Positions 8,397 to 17,480 are shown, numbered from the stretch's first letter. The stretch is 64,000 nucleotides of DNA from Candidatus Woykebacteria bacterium RBG_13_40_15 (GCA_001816655.1 MHCP01000025.1:14428-78427); one strand, 5' to 3'. Program-made: numbers and translations. The notes: generated by a model from the sequence alone, not told the origin.

Positions 8397-8810
8397 ATGG
8401 CAAGGAAAATTCTACTTGTAGAAGATGATGCTTTTGTCCGCGATATATATATGCGGGAGTTAACTAAAGGTGGTTTTGAAATAGATGCCGCCGAAGACGG
8501 TTTGGAAGGCATCGAAAAAGCAAAAGAGACGAAATATGATCTTATACTACTTGATATTATGTTGCCAAAGAAAACAGGAATTGATGTTTTGAAAGATATA
8601 AGAGTCAATACTTCTGCATCAAAAGGTACGTCTGTTTATTTACTTACCAACTTAGGACAAGGTTCAGTTATTAGACAGGCTGTTGAAATAGGCGCTCAAG
8701 GGTATTTGCTAAAAGCTCGAGTACTTCCCTCGCAAGTTCTTCAGGCCGTAAACGATTTCTTCGAAAAGGGCCCAATGAAAATGGACCTTAAGGAATTTGG
8801 TTTAGAGTAG
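8397..8810 (+). CDS. response regulator, receiver (CheY-like) domain only
   Basis: ILLVEDDAFVRD...DLILLDIMLPKKTGIDVLKDIR...LLTNLGQ...KAR carries the Asp pocket, phospho-acceptor Asp and conserved Lys. A strong RBS AAGGAGG sits 7 nt upstream. No output domain. Confidence 0.85.
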   Translation: MARKILLVEDDAFVRDIYMRELTKGGFEIDAAEDGLEGIEKAKETKYDLILLDIMLPKKTGIDVLKDIRVNTSASKGTSVYLLTNLGQGSVIRQAVEIGAQGYLLKARVLPSQVLQAVNDFFEKGPMKMDLKEFGLE

Positions 8811-9884
8811 GGAAAGTTGTAGTTTCTTTAAGCCTTTTATTTTTTCCCGATCCCCTATCTTAGCTTTTTCGACGGCGAATTTGAGAATTTCGATTGATTT
8901 ATCGTAGGTTTTTTTATCAACTGGATAAGGTGTTCCGTCTTTCCCCCCGTGGGCAAAGGAAAATTTGACTGGGTCTTCTCGACTCGCTGGGGTGTTATAA
9001 ATTAATTCTGAAATCAGTGTCAGTGCTCTGATGGTCCGTGGTCCAACCCCGCGGGTTGAAAGCAAGAGTTCAAAATCTTTTGGCTGCTGCTCGTAGGTAG
9101 AAAGCAGAATTCTCTTTAAGTTTTCTGGGCGTATATCTCCTGCCTCGACTAATTCTCTTTTCGGTAAATTTAACTCTAGGATTTTTTTGTACTCTCGTAA
9201 AACTTTTTCCGGTTTTTCGCTTGCAAGTTTGGTTGAGGTCGTTCTTGCATCGTTTGAATTCTTCGCGACAAGGTTTAGGACTTCCAACTTTTTGTCGGAA
9301 GCGATTGCGCTGTGGGGTTCTTCAACAAACGATGTTAAATCATCACTTAACCAGTGGTAACGCCGCGCCCAGCGATTTGAGGGGTTCAACCCCTGTTGCA
9401 CTACTGCCCATTTCGCCCCGCCAGCTGGCGGGTTGGTAAAAAAGAAATTGTGGTGGTAAAGCTGAAAACCATCTTGTAGTGCAGTGTTATCCACTTTTGC
9501 GCTCATTTTTGATGCATAAACGAGATTTGAAAGATCTATGCCGAGTTGATTAGAAATGTTTTCAATTTCCAGAGGAGTTTTTCTGCTTGTTGCGCCTTTT
9601 CCGCCAGCGACAAAGAGCCCAAGATCTTTCGAAACGTCTTTTAGCCCTACCTTGAGGGCTCCACCAACAGTGGTTGTTAAACCAGAACTGTGCCAATCAA
9701 AGCCAAGTACGCAACCAAAAGATTGAAACCAATATGGATGAGAAATCCTTCGGAGGAATTCCTCTGCTCCGAATTCATCAACGATCACAATCGTTATTTC
9801 TCTGGCTAGTTTGCTCATTCGGCCAAAAAGCCAAGCCGGCGCAGAGCCGTAATGAAGAGGAAGATTGGCAGTACCAATTTTCAT
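8802..9884 (-). CDS. DUF763 domain-containing protein
   Basis: N-terminus MKIGTANLPLHYGSAPAWLFGRM and length (360 aa) match the DUF763 family as I recall it. Confidence 0.55.
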   Translation of the reverse strand: MKIGTANLPLHYGSAPAWLFGRMSKLAREITIVIVDEFGAEEFLRRISHPYWFQSFGCVLGFDWHSSGLTTTVGGALKVGLKDVSKDLGLFVAGGKGATSRKTPLEIENISNQLGIDLSNLVYASKMSAKVDNTALQDGFQLYHHNFFFTNPPAGGAKWAVVQQGLNPSNRWARRYHWLSDDLTSFVEEPHSAIASDKKLEVLNLVAKNSNDARTTSTKLASEKPEKVLREYKKILELNLPKRELVEAGDIRPENLKRILLSTYEQQPKDFELLLSTRGVGPRTIRALTLISELIYNTPASREDPVKFSFAHGGKDGTPYPVDKKTYDKSIEILKFAVEKAKIGDREKIKGLKKLQLSLL

Positions 9885-9887
9885 TGT

Positions 9888-10718
9888 TTATTTTTCCCCA
9901 TAAAAAACAAAATAACCACCTAAATTTCCACCAAATACCTTGTATTGAGCAATTCCCGCTAAAATGTGTTTAGTAAGAATAGGTGAAGTTAAATGAAGCT
10001 TTTCAGTTAGTATTGAAATAGGGTAAGCAAACCTGGCTATCTTTAAAATTCTCTGCGAAGAAGGCATGAACTCTCCTGTCTTGTCCAATACTTTGATGTT
10101 TTTAAATCCAACCTCTCTCATCATTTTTTCAAAATCTTTGGCCAACGCCAAATTTGGTACCGCAAAACCGTTACAGAATTGAGATAAAAAGTCTTTCGCA
10201 TCGTCTAGTTTTGGTGCTCTTCTCAAAAAACCATCGGCAATTACCAGCCTCCCTGTTCTCCTCAAAAGTCGATAAGCTTCTTTTAGGAAATCCTTTTTAT
10301 TCTCTGCATGGCAAGCACTTTCGATTGCCCAAACGACATCAAAAGAAGAGTCGGGAAATTTCGTTCTTAAAAAATCCATTACGAAAAATTTGATTAGAGA
10401 GTTTTTCTTTGCTAGCTTTCTTGCTTCATCGATTTGTTTATTGCTAATGGAAATCCCGGTTACTTCAGCTGCTAGGTTTTCTGCTAACCAAATACTACTT
10501 CCCCCTACTCCACAGCCTGCATCTAAAACAATATCTTCCTTTTTTATGTTCGCGATTTTAGCTAAAAATCTATTGGTATTCATTAATGCCTCCTCGAAAC
10601 TTTTTGTTCCTTTTTTCCACAGCCCGTAATGGATAGCGCTACTTTCGCGATTTTTGTACCAAAAGAATCTGTAAAAAGGTAAAGTGTAGTCGTAGTAAGA
10701 GGAAACTTCTTTTTGCAT
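9888..10718 (-). CDS. class I SAM-dependent methyltransferase
   Basis: VLDAGCGVGGSSIWLA (motif I) and acidic motif II. Resembles sterol/CFA-synthase-like O- or C-methyltransferases. Confidence 0.75.
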   Translation of the reverse strand: MQKEVSSYYDYTLPFYRFFWYKNRESSAIHYGLWKKGTKSFEEALMNTNRFLAKIANIKKEDIVLDAGCGVGGSSIWLAENLAAEVTGISISNKQIDEARKLAKKNSLIKFFVMDFLRTKFPDSSFDVVWAIESACHAENKKDFLKEAYRLLRRTGRLVIADGFLRRAPKLDDAKDFLSQFCNGFAVPNLALAKDFEKMMREVGFKNIKVLDKTGEFMPSSQRILKIARFAYPISILTEKLHLTSPILTKHILAGIAQYKVFGGNLGGYFVFYGEK

Positions 10719-10808
10719 ACTGACTCTAATTTACCCCAAATTTATCCGAATATCAACTAGTCAAAGAGGCCAACGGAAAGAATCCATCGGCCTCGTCACC
10801 TCCTTTTC

Positions 10809-11429
10809 CTATACGAGTCCCGTTATAAGCCGTACAATTAAGAACAACAGGCCGACAAGGATAGTCGTTTCGAGGATTTTGACTGGGATATTCAAAACCC
10901 TCGCGGCCATATTGCCCCAGTATATCTGCCGTCTGGAGTAACCTGCCAAGCTCAACGCGTGGTGTGTGGCTAGGACTCCAAATAACGTCATACCCAGGAT
11001 GATAAGGAGCCTCCTTCCTTGCATCCTTAAGCTGCTCTTGCTTCTTCGGCTGATCGACGGACCTAGCAGATGGAAGAATACAAACTGTTTGAAATCAAAC
11101 AGGTAGATCTTCAGACCGTAGAAGAGCCAACTACCTAGGCGTTGCCCTTTATTCTTGGTGGGTGCTGGGGTTTCCAGAATATCCTGCAACCCATTGGCTC
11201 TTGCGGTTTCGTACCAGTGTGTCGCGGTTAGTCCCCATGGCAGCATTACTATTACTGCCTGCCAGGCGCCGATAAATGCCGCCAGTGAAAGCAGAATCGT
11301 TGCTGATAGGCGAGCTTGGAATTGCCAAACTCCGATGAACCCAATCTCCTTGATTGTTCGACGAGCTGCAATTCTCCTCCCCCAGGAAAGGGGGACTACT
11401 TTTCTGGAAAGCGTTGTTGCGAGACGCAT
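10809..11429 (-). CDS. hypothetical membrane protein, GC-rich islet
   Basis: Longest of three mutually overlapping ORFs in a GC-rich segment, with several hydrophobic helices. A hairpin gaggccaacgg...ccatcggcctc lies just downstream (10766-10796). Confidence 0.3.
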   Translation of the reverse strand: MRLATTLSRKVVPLSWGRRIAARRTIKEIGFIGVWQFQARLSATILLSLAAFIGAWQAVIVMLPWGLTATHWYETARANGLQDILETPAPTKNKGQRLGSWLFYGLKIYLFDFKQFVFFHLLGPSISRRSKSSLRMQGRRLLIILGMTLFGVLATHHALSLAGYSRRQIYWGNMAARVLNIPVKILETTILVGLLFLIVRLITGLV

Positions 11430-11713
11430 TGTCCCCTCCTTCCTTTGTGTCTGAGCAGACTCTCACCTGCTGGCTAGATTGTACGCTTTTATTATTGTTA
11501 GTTCAAGAAAATTATGTTAGTTGGGGGTATAAAGGGGGTTGGGCCGACCAGATGTTTCACTCGATCGGCCCGGTCTCTCGTTATGTTTCGGAAGGGTTTT
11601 GAGTTACAGGTTGCAGGCTCGCCCTTTTTCCTGACTATTTGCTAAACTTGCAAAAGCTTGGTATAGTAGCGAAAACGTAATTCCTAGCAACCAGTGAAGA
11701 AGAGTGATCCTTA

Positions 11714-12592
11714 ATGGAGCGAAGGAGTACAGAGATGCCACAACAAGTAGTAGGGAAAGGTGAGGTTTCCGGGGAAGAGGAAGACTATTCCCTTAAGCGG
11801 TTTGCGAGCCACCCTTTCTACACAGCGATGAACCGGCGGCTGGTAAAGCTGTGCGAGCTACAGCCTTGGTGGCGAGTAGTTGACCTAGGTTGCGGTATCG
11901 GTGCTGTTACCTGGCTTTTGGTCGAGGAAGTCTGCGGCGATGGTGGTCAAGTGATCGCTATAGAACCGTTGGGGGAGGCTTTGGAGGAAGCTCGCAGAAG
12001 TCTTGCCCACCTTCCAAAGGTAGCAGTTCGCTTCCTTAAGCGTAGAGGCGAGGATCTTATGCATTGTGCGTCTGTCCGGTCTATGGACGGCGTGTTATTC
12101 TGCAATGCAATCCATTTAGTGCCCGACAAGTCGCTGGTGTTGCAGAACATACATGCAGTCCTTCGCCCCGGCGGCGTCTTTGCCTTCAACAGCGCGTTCT
12201 TCGAGGGGGCGCAGTCGGCGGACACGTTCCCGTTCTACACGGCCTGGATCCGCCACGCCCTTCACATCTTCAAGGACGATTACCCGGATATTCGGCGGAA
12301 GAAGGAAGGGAAGGCGCAGGCACGGATATTACTGACTCCCGAGGAGTACCGTCAGCTTTTGGAGGATGAGGGTTTCGAGCTGGAGTACCTGGAGCTGTGT
12401 CCAGTGGAATTACCGTTGGAAGGGTTCGAGGACATCAGTGGTTATGAGTTGTTTGCCCGTGGTGCCTTGCCGGGAGTACCTCTGGCTGTAGCCGTTGATT
12501 GCCTGAAGCGGGGTGTTGCTGAAGCGTTTCGTGACCTCAACCTCACGAGCGTTACCCGCAACTGGTTGCAGGTGGTGGCTGTCAAGGCGTAG
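11714..12592 (+). CDS. class I SAM-dependent methyltransferase, GC-rich islet
   Basis: VVDLGCGIGAVTWLL (motif I), LRPGGVFAF (post-II). About 58% GC, contrasting with the genome background. Confidence 0.7.
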   Translation: MERRSTEMPQQVVGKGEVSGEEEDYSLKRFASHPFYTAMNRRLVKLCELQPWWRVVDLGCGIGAVTWLLVEEVCGDGGQVIAIEPLGEALEEARRSLAHLPKVAVRFLKRRGEDLMHCASVRSMDGVLFCNAIHLVPDKSLVLQNIHAVLRPGGVFAFNSAFFEGAQSADTFPFYTAWIRHALHIFKDDYPDIRRKKEGKAQARILLTPEEYRQLLEDEGFELEYLELCPVELPLEGFEDISGYELFARGALPGVPLAVAVDCLKRGVAEAFRDLNLTSVTRNWLQVVAVKA

Positions 12593-12639
12593 CGACCGAC
12601 CTGTCTGGATCAAACATAACTGCCCAAAGAGCCCGCCTC

Positions 12640-12672
12640 TAATCTCGATAAAGAGGCGGGCTTTCTGGCATT
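12640..12672. terminator. bidirectional intrinsic terminator hairpin (gcccgcctct...agaggcgggc)
   Basis: 10-bp perfect stem followed by tttctgg on + and by ctttggg on the minus strand. It sits between convergent genes 11714-12592 (+) and 12704-13276 (-). Confidence 0.6.
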
Positions 12673-12703
12673 TCAGCCCCTAAACTAATTTTTCGGAATT
12701 AGT

Positions 12704-13276
12704 TTATAGCTCTTTTTCTGCTCCGGAGAGGACTTCTTTGCGAATTTTCTTCCACCAAGAAAGCTCTAGGTTTTTTAAGCCTGAAAGTTGCAATTTGTAA
12801 ATTTCTTCGAAATAATTATTCCCAGCCTGGATCTCTTCAGAACATTTAGATAAAAGAGAAAGTTTATCGGCTACTTTTACTATCTGAGCTTCAATATTTT
12901 CTTTTTCCCCTTCCTTTTTCCACCAAGAATAGAGGGTTTTTTGGAGATCGCGGGGCAAGTCAACAAACATTTCCCAAACCATTTTGTCACTCACTTTTCG
13001 TATCGCCCGATAAACTTCGTCATTGTAATGTTTGAAGGGGTTGATGATATCTCCTGTGAGACCCTCTTCAACGTCATGAACTATAGCCATCTGTAAGGCC
13101 GCTGCGCAGTCCACTTTAATTTTCTTTTTTTCCAAAAGTTGGCAAAGAATTAAAGTGAAATAGGCAGTATAAAAGGAATGTTCAGCAACGCTTTCTGGGA
13201 AATGCTGTGCCCTATTGTTGTAGCGGGTAACATGGGCAAGATTTCTGTTTAGAAGGTGATCAAAAATTTTCGCCAT
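12704..13276 (-). CDS. HD-domain hydrolase, YfbR-like 5'-deoxynucleotidase
   Basis: ESVAEHSFYTAYFTLIL...AIVHDVEEGLTGDI shows the H...HD...D metal-binding pattern of YfbR-type HD phosphohydrolases. Confidence 0.75.
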   Translation of the reverse strand: MAKIFDHLLNRNLAHVTRYNNRAQHFPESVAEHSFYTAYFTLILCQLLEKKKIKVDCAAALQMAIVHDVEEGLTGDIINPFKHYNDEVYRAIRKVSDKMVWEMFVDLPRDLQKTLYSWWKKEGEKENIEAQIVKVADKLSLLSKCSEEIQAGNNYFEEIYKLQLSGLKNLELSWWKKIRKEVLSGAEKEL

Positions 13277-13348
13277 TGTACTTGCATTGTAGCAACAAAA
13301 TCACTTGTTTTGCAAAGCTATTTTCGAGAGGTAATAACGACTATAGGT

Positions 13349-13377
13349 TTGACATCTGAAGCTGTTTCTGGTATAAT
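13349..13377 (+). promoter_or_regulatory. perfect sigma70 consensus promoter TTGACA-17 nt-TATAAT
   Basis: ttgaca at 13349-13354, a 17-nt spacer, tataat at 13372-13377. It is followed by RBS agaggaggtg and the ATG at 13412. Confidence 0.6.
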
Positions 13378-13411
13378 TTAATATAATTCTGGATAGAGAG
13401 GAGGTGCTAGC

Positions 13412-13663
13412 ATGGGTATTACCTGTGTTGGCCATGGGAGAGACGACATAAGCTGCCTTCCCTGTAGTGTCTGCGGCCGCATGGTTTGCAGAAATTGCCG
13501 AGATGCGTACGGAGTTTGCACCAACAGGGAAGGATGCGGCACTCAACAGAGGCAGCAGTTGTCTTGTCCTAATTGTGGGGGTGCTATTGGGAAGGGCGAA
13601 GGTTGGTTGTCCTGCTCGCGTTGCAGGTGGCAGGAGCCGATCAGCGCCAAGAGGCCGTCGTAA
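13412..13663 (+). CDS. cysteine-rich small protein (83 aa, about 13 Cys; multiple CxxC zinc-ribbon-like pairs), GC-rich islet
   Basis: CLPCSVCGRMVCRNC...CPNCGG...CSRCRW. Consensus promoter and strong SD directly upstream. Overlapping ORFs 13301-13675 (-) and 13467-13715 (+) are judged spurious. Confidence 0.5.
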   Translation: MGITCVGHGRDDISCLPCSVCGRMVCRNCRDAYGVCTNREGCGTQQRQQLSCPNCGGAIGKGEGWLSCSRCRWQEPISAKRPS

Positions 13664-13758
13664 GTTATCTACCAATAGGAGGTGGAAACATACGGCGGTC
13701 TTTTCGTTGTTTTAATTTTCTTGCTAACAAGTTTCTTTTGTGTTAGTTTGTAGGAACT

Positions 13759-15078
13759 ATGAACCTAGTAAAAACCGATAAAGAAATAGCCCTCTTAATT
13801 AAAAAAGAAGCGACAAGACAGAAAGAGACGATCGATCTGATTCCGTCAGAAAACCACACTTCCCGCGCTGTACGAGAGGCTTTGGGTTCAGTTCTTACCG
13901 ATAAATATTCAGAAGGCTACCCTAAAAAAAGATACTACCAAGGTCACAAATACATAGACCAAATCGAAATACTTGCTGAAGAGAGAGCTAAAAAACTCTT
14001 TGGTGTTCCTTACGTTAACGTCCAGCCTTACTCTGGTTCTCCGGCAAATCTTGCAGTTTATTTGGCAACCTGTACCCCACAAAAAGATAAAATTATGGGT
14101 CTCTCCCTTGCTTTCGGTGGGCACTTGACCCACGGCCAGCCACAGTCATCGACTGGACAATTTTTTAAATCGGTCCTGTATGAACTGGACAAAGAGGGGT
14201 TTTTAGACTTTGGAGCTATCGAAAAACTTGCTCAAAAAGAAAAACCAAAAATAATAGTTTGCGGTTACACCGCATATCCAAGAATTATTGATTTTAAAAG
14301 ATTTGGTCAAATCGCTGACAAAGTTGGCGCTTACTTAATGGCTGATATCTCGCATATTGCCGGTTTAATTGTTGGAAGGGTTCATCAAAGCCCTGTCTCT
14401 TTTGCCCATATCATCACGACAACCACTCATAAAACTTTGCGCGGGCCCAGAGGTGCTTTGATTATGGTTACAGAAAAAGGTCTCGAGAAGAATCCTGATC
14501 TTCCCAAAAAAATCGATAGTGCCATTATTCCAGGTCTTCAAGGCGGTCCGCACGATCACCAGACAGCTGCAATAGCCGTTGCACTGGCGGAAGCATCTAC
14601 ACAAGAGTTTAAAAATTACGCTGCTCAGATTGTTAAAAACGCAAAAAGGCTCGCTTCTTCTCTTTCTAAAGCCGGGTTTGATTTAATTAGCGGTGGTACC
14701 GACAATCACCTGATTCTAATTGACCTTCAGAACAAAAAAGCGAATGGTGCCCTTGCCGCAATTGCACTTGAAGCAGCTGGAATTGTTTCTAACAAAAACG
14801 CCGTCCCCTTTGACCCAATGCCGCCCTTTTACCCATCCGGGATTCGTATTGGAACTCCTGCGGTTACTACTCGCGGAATGAAGGAAAAAGAAATGGAAAA
14901 AATAGCCTTTTGGACAAATGAGGTCATAGAAGAGGTAAAAAATGAAAAACTTCCCACGGACAAAGCGGTGAGAGTTGAATTCATGAAGGATTTTAGAGCA
15001 AGAATCACAAAAAACAAAAAGCTCCTATTAATTGCAAAAGAAGTTAAAAATTTGACCGCAAAATTCCCTCTTCCCTAG
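13759..15078 (+). CDS. glyA: serine hydroxymethyltransferase
   Basis: IDLIPSENHTS...YSEGYPKKRYYQG...TTTTHKTLRGPRG (PLP-Lys region). Full-length SHMT. Confidence 0.95.
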   Translation: MNLVKTDKEIALLIKKEATRQKETIDLIPSENHTSRAVREALGSVLTDKYSEGYPKKRYYQGHKYIDQIEILAEERAKKLFGVPYVNVQPYSGSPANLAVYLATCTPQKDKIMGLSLAFGGHLTHGQPQSSTGQFFKSVLYELDKEGFLDFGAIEKLAQKEKPKIIVCGYTAYPRIIDFKRFGQIADKVGAYLMADISHIAGLIVGRVHQSPVSFAHIITTTTHKTLRGPRGALIMVTEKGLEKNPDLPKKIDSAIIPGLQGGPHDHQTAAIAVALAEASTQEFKNYAAQIVKNAKRLASSLSKAGFDLISGGTDNHLILIDLQNKKANGALAAIALEAAGIVSNKNAVPFDPMPPFYPSGIRIGTPAVTTRGMKEKEMEKIAFWTNEVIEEVKNEKLPTDKAVRVEFMKDFRARITKNKKLLLIAKEVKNLTAKFPLP

Positions 15079-15135
15079 AATAATCAATCCCTTGTTGGTT
15101 ATAATCGCAAGATTGGAATCTCGCGGAGGAGCAAA

Positions 15136-15265
15136 GCGACGCAGAAAGCTTTAGCTTTCTTAGGAGATATGCGACGCAGAAAGCTTTAGCTTTCTTAGGA
15201 GATATGCGACGCAGAAAGCTTTAGCTTTCTTAGGAGATATGCGACGCAGAAAGCTTTAGCTTTCT
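15136..15265. repeat. tandem array: 35-bp unit x3 plus a 25-nt fourth copy, each with perfect palindrome AGAAAGCT-TT-AGCTTTCT
   Basis: gcgacgcagaaagctttagctttcttaggagatat repeated head-to-tail from 15136, 15171, 15206 and 15241. The last copy continues into attgtttctctggcgagatataat (promoter-like) 25 nt before the sensor-kinase ATG. There are no spacers, so this is not CRISPR. Confidence 0.85.
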
Positions 15266-15314
15266 ATTGTTTCTCTGGCGAGATATAATATAAATAATGA
15301 GGGAACTGCCTTAA

Positions 15315-17480
15315 ATGCCGATTTTTGATTTTGCTTTTAATCCGTACGCTATACTTTCAATAGTTGCGGTAATTACTAATCTAATTGTTATTTATCTTGT
15401 TTTTTCCCAAGGTATTAATGTTTCCGCCAACCGCTGGTACGTATTCTCAATTATCGCTGTAATTGTTTGGGCTGTCACCGAGGCCCTTAGCCGATTAAGC
15501 GCACTGCCACAAGGCGCGGTCTTTTGGGAAACCCTTGGTAGTTTTGGTTGGATATTTGTTGGGCCGCCTTATTTAGCGTTTGCGCTCTCTTACATCGGTA
15601 AAGAAAAACTTCTTAGCAAATTTTCTTGGCAGATCCTTTTATTTGGTCCTGCGTTCCTATTTCTCTTTTTATCTTGGGGAACGGGCTTGGTAGTGAACCA
15701 AAATGCTGCTTCTTACGTAAAGTATTCTACCGATTGGATGGGGCCTTTGGACACTCCTCTGTTTTGGCTGGTATTTGCTTGGATTGACTTTCTTTTAATT
15801 GTTTCCTTTGTTCTTCTTTTCCGATTTTACTTAAAAGCAAAAGATCCTCAAAGAAAGCGTCAAACCCTTTTAATGGTCTGTGCTCTTTTAGTTCCGCTCA
15901 TTGGTGGGTCTATCACAAACGGTGTTTTGCCGGTTTTGAGGATTGATGTCATGAGACTCGCTGTCCCACTGACGACAATTATGAGCGTGATAATCGCCTA
16001 TGCAATCTTACGATACCGGCTTTTCGCCATTAGTCCTGGTATGGTGGTCAGCAATATTGTTGAAACAATGAATGAGATTCTAGTTGTCTTCAATCCAGAT
16101 CATTATATTGAGTTTGTTAACGATGCTGTCGAACGCGTTTTAGGTTATAAAAAAGACGAACTGACTGGCCAACCAATAAAGAAATTGGTAGGCGATGATT
16201 GGCATAATTTTGAGGATAAGGTGTTAAAGCCAATCGATGAAGGCAAACAAGTGTCTGGAGTAGAAGTTAGCCTCGAAGCAGCGAATGGTAAAAAAATTAC
16301 GGTTAGTTTTTCATCATCAGTACTAAAAAACCCCAAAGGTGAGACATATGGTGAGGTTGGTATTGCGACGGATATTAGTGAAACCAAAAAATTCTTTACA
16401 GATATTACTGCGGAGCGAAACAAGTTGACAACTATTATGCAATCGATTGTCGATAGTGTCTTTGCTTTGGGCCTAGAGGGAAAGGTGATCTTGGTAAATC
16501 CAGCAGCCCTTACTATGTTGAGTTTAAAAGAGACAGATATTTTGGGGAAAGAACTTGATGATGTTTTAACAATGTTTGATGGTGATCAAAGGCTAGACGG
16601 CAAGAGTCTATTACCAACAGGGAAGGTTACTGAAGACACAGTCATTGTTCAAAAGAAAGCCTTAAGAATAACCACAGCCTTTGGTAAGCAAGTTTTTGTT
16701 AACCTCACTAGTTCTGCAATTAAAGAAGGTGCGGAAGTTGAAGTTGGAGCAATTATTACTATGAGCGATGTCTCTAAAGAAAAAGAACTTGAGGAGATGA
16801 AAATAGATTTTGTTTCAATGGCTGCTCACGAACTGCGAACTCCACTCACGGCTGTTAGAGGGTATCTCTCAGTGTTGCTAGAGGAAACAGGTAAAAAGAT
16901 TCCAGCGGAAGAAAAATCTTTTATAGACAAAGCTTTTATTGCCTCTTCCCAACTAGCATCTCTTGTTGAAAACTTGCTTTCTGTCTCTAGGATTGAGCGA
17001 GGGGCGATGAAACTACAAATTGAACCTGCCGATTGGGTGAAGACAGTAAAAGATGCTGTGAATAATTTTCAGCCTTTGGCAAAGGAAAAGAAAATTAAAC
17101 TAGTTTGTAGTGTGCCAGAAAAGCTACCAAAAGTTGCTGTAGATCAGTTTAGAATAAGCGAGGTTCTTTCTAACTTAATAGCTAATGCTCTTTCCTATAC
17201 AAAGAGTGGTGGGACCGTCAGCGTTGAAACAGAAAGTAAAGATGGGGAGATTGTTACCCATGTAAAAGATACTGGTCAAGGGATTCCAGAGTCAGCCTTA
17301 CCTCGCCTCTTTACCAAGTTTTTTAGAGTTTCAGGAGTACTGGAACAAGGCTCAAAAGGTACTGGACTTGGGTTATACATATCAAAAGCAATAGTGGATA
17401 TGCATAGAGGTAGGATTTGGGTTGAGAGTAAGTTGGATAAAGGCAGTACTTTTAGCTTCTCATTGCCACTGAACGATTAA
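15315..17480 (+). CDS. sensor histidine kinase with multi-TM N-terminal sensor, PAS domains, HisKA and HATPase_c
   Basis: About 7 TM helices, then PAS-like segments, MAAHELRTPLTAVRGY (H-box), and an N/G1/G2 region GTGLGLYISKAIVDMHRGRIWVES. Confidence 0.85.
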   Translation: MPIFDFAFNPYAILSIVAVITNLIVIYLVFSQGINVSANRWYVFSIIAVIVWAVTEALSRLSALPQGAVFWETLGSFGWIFVGPPYLAFALSYIGKEKLLSKFSWQILLFGPAFLFLFLSWGTGLVVNQNAASYVKYSTDWMGPLDTPLFWLVFAWIDFLLIVSFVLLFRFYLKAKDPQRKRQTLLMVCALLVPLIGGSITNGVLPVLRIDVMRLAVPLTTIMSVIIAYAILRYRLFAISPGMVVSNIVETMNEILVVFNPDHYIEFVNDAVERVLGYKKDELTGQPIKKLVGDDWHNFEDKVLKPIDEGKQVSGVEVSLEAANGKKITVSFSSSVLKNPKGETYGEVGIATDISETKKFFTDITAERNKLTTIMQSIVDSVFALGLEGKVILVNPAALTMLSLKETDILGKELDDVLTMFDGDQRLDGKSLLPTGKVTEDTVIVQKKALRITTAFGKQVFVNLTSSAIKEGAEVEVGAIITMSDVSKEKELEEMKIDFVSMAAHELRTPLTAVRGYLSVLLEETGKKIPAEEKSFIDKAFIASSQLASLVENLLSVSRIERGAMKLQIEPADWVKTVKDAVNNFQPLAKEKKIKLVCSVPEKLPKVAVDQFRISEVLSNLIANALSYTKSGGTVSVETESKDGEIVTHVKDTGQGIPESALPRLFTKFFRVSGVLEQGSKGTGLGLYISKAIVDMHRGRIWVESKLDKGSTFSFSLPLND

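Noticed and set aside
13301-13715. 124-aa minus-strand ORF and 82-aa + strand ORF overlapping the Cys-rich gene
   Set aside because: Neither has a promoter or RBS. The Cys-rich frame (13412-13663) has a perfect promoter plus SD. High GC suppresses stop codons and inflates spurious ORFs here.
15136-15265. Possible CRISPR array
   Set aside because: The 35-bp repeats abut one another with no unique spacers, and no cas genes are nearby. The units are promoter-fragment duplications rather than CRISPR repeats.
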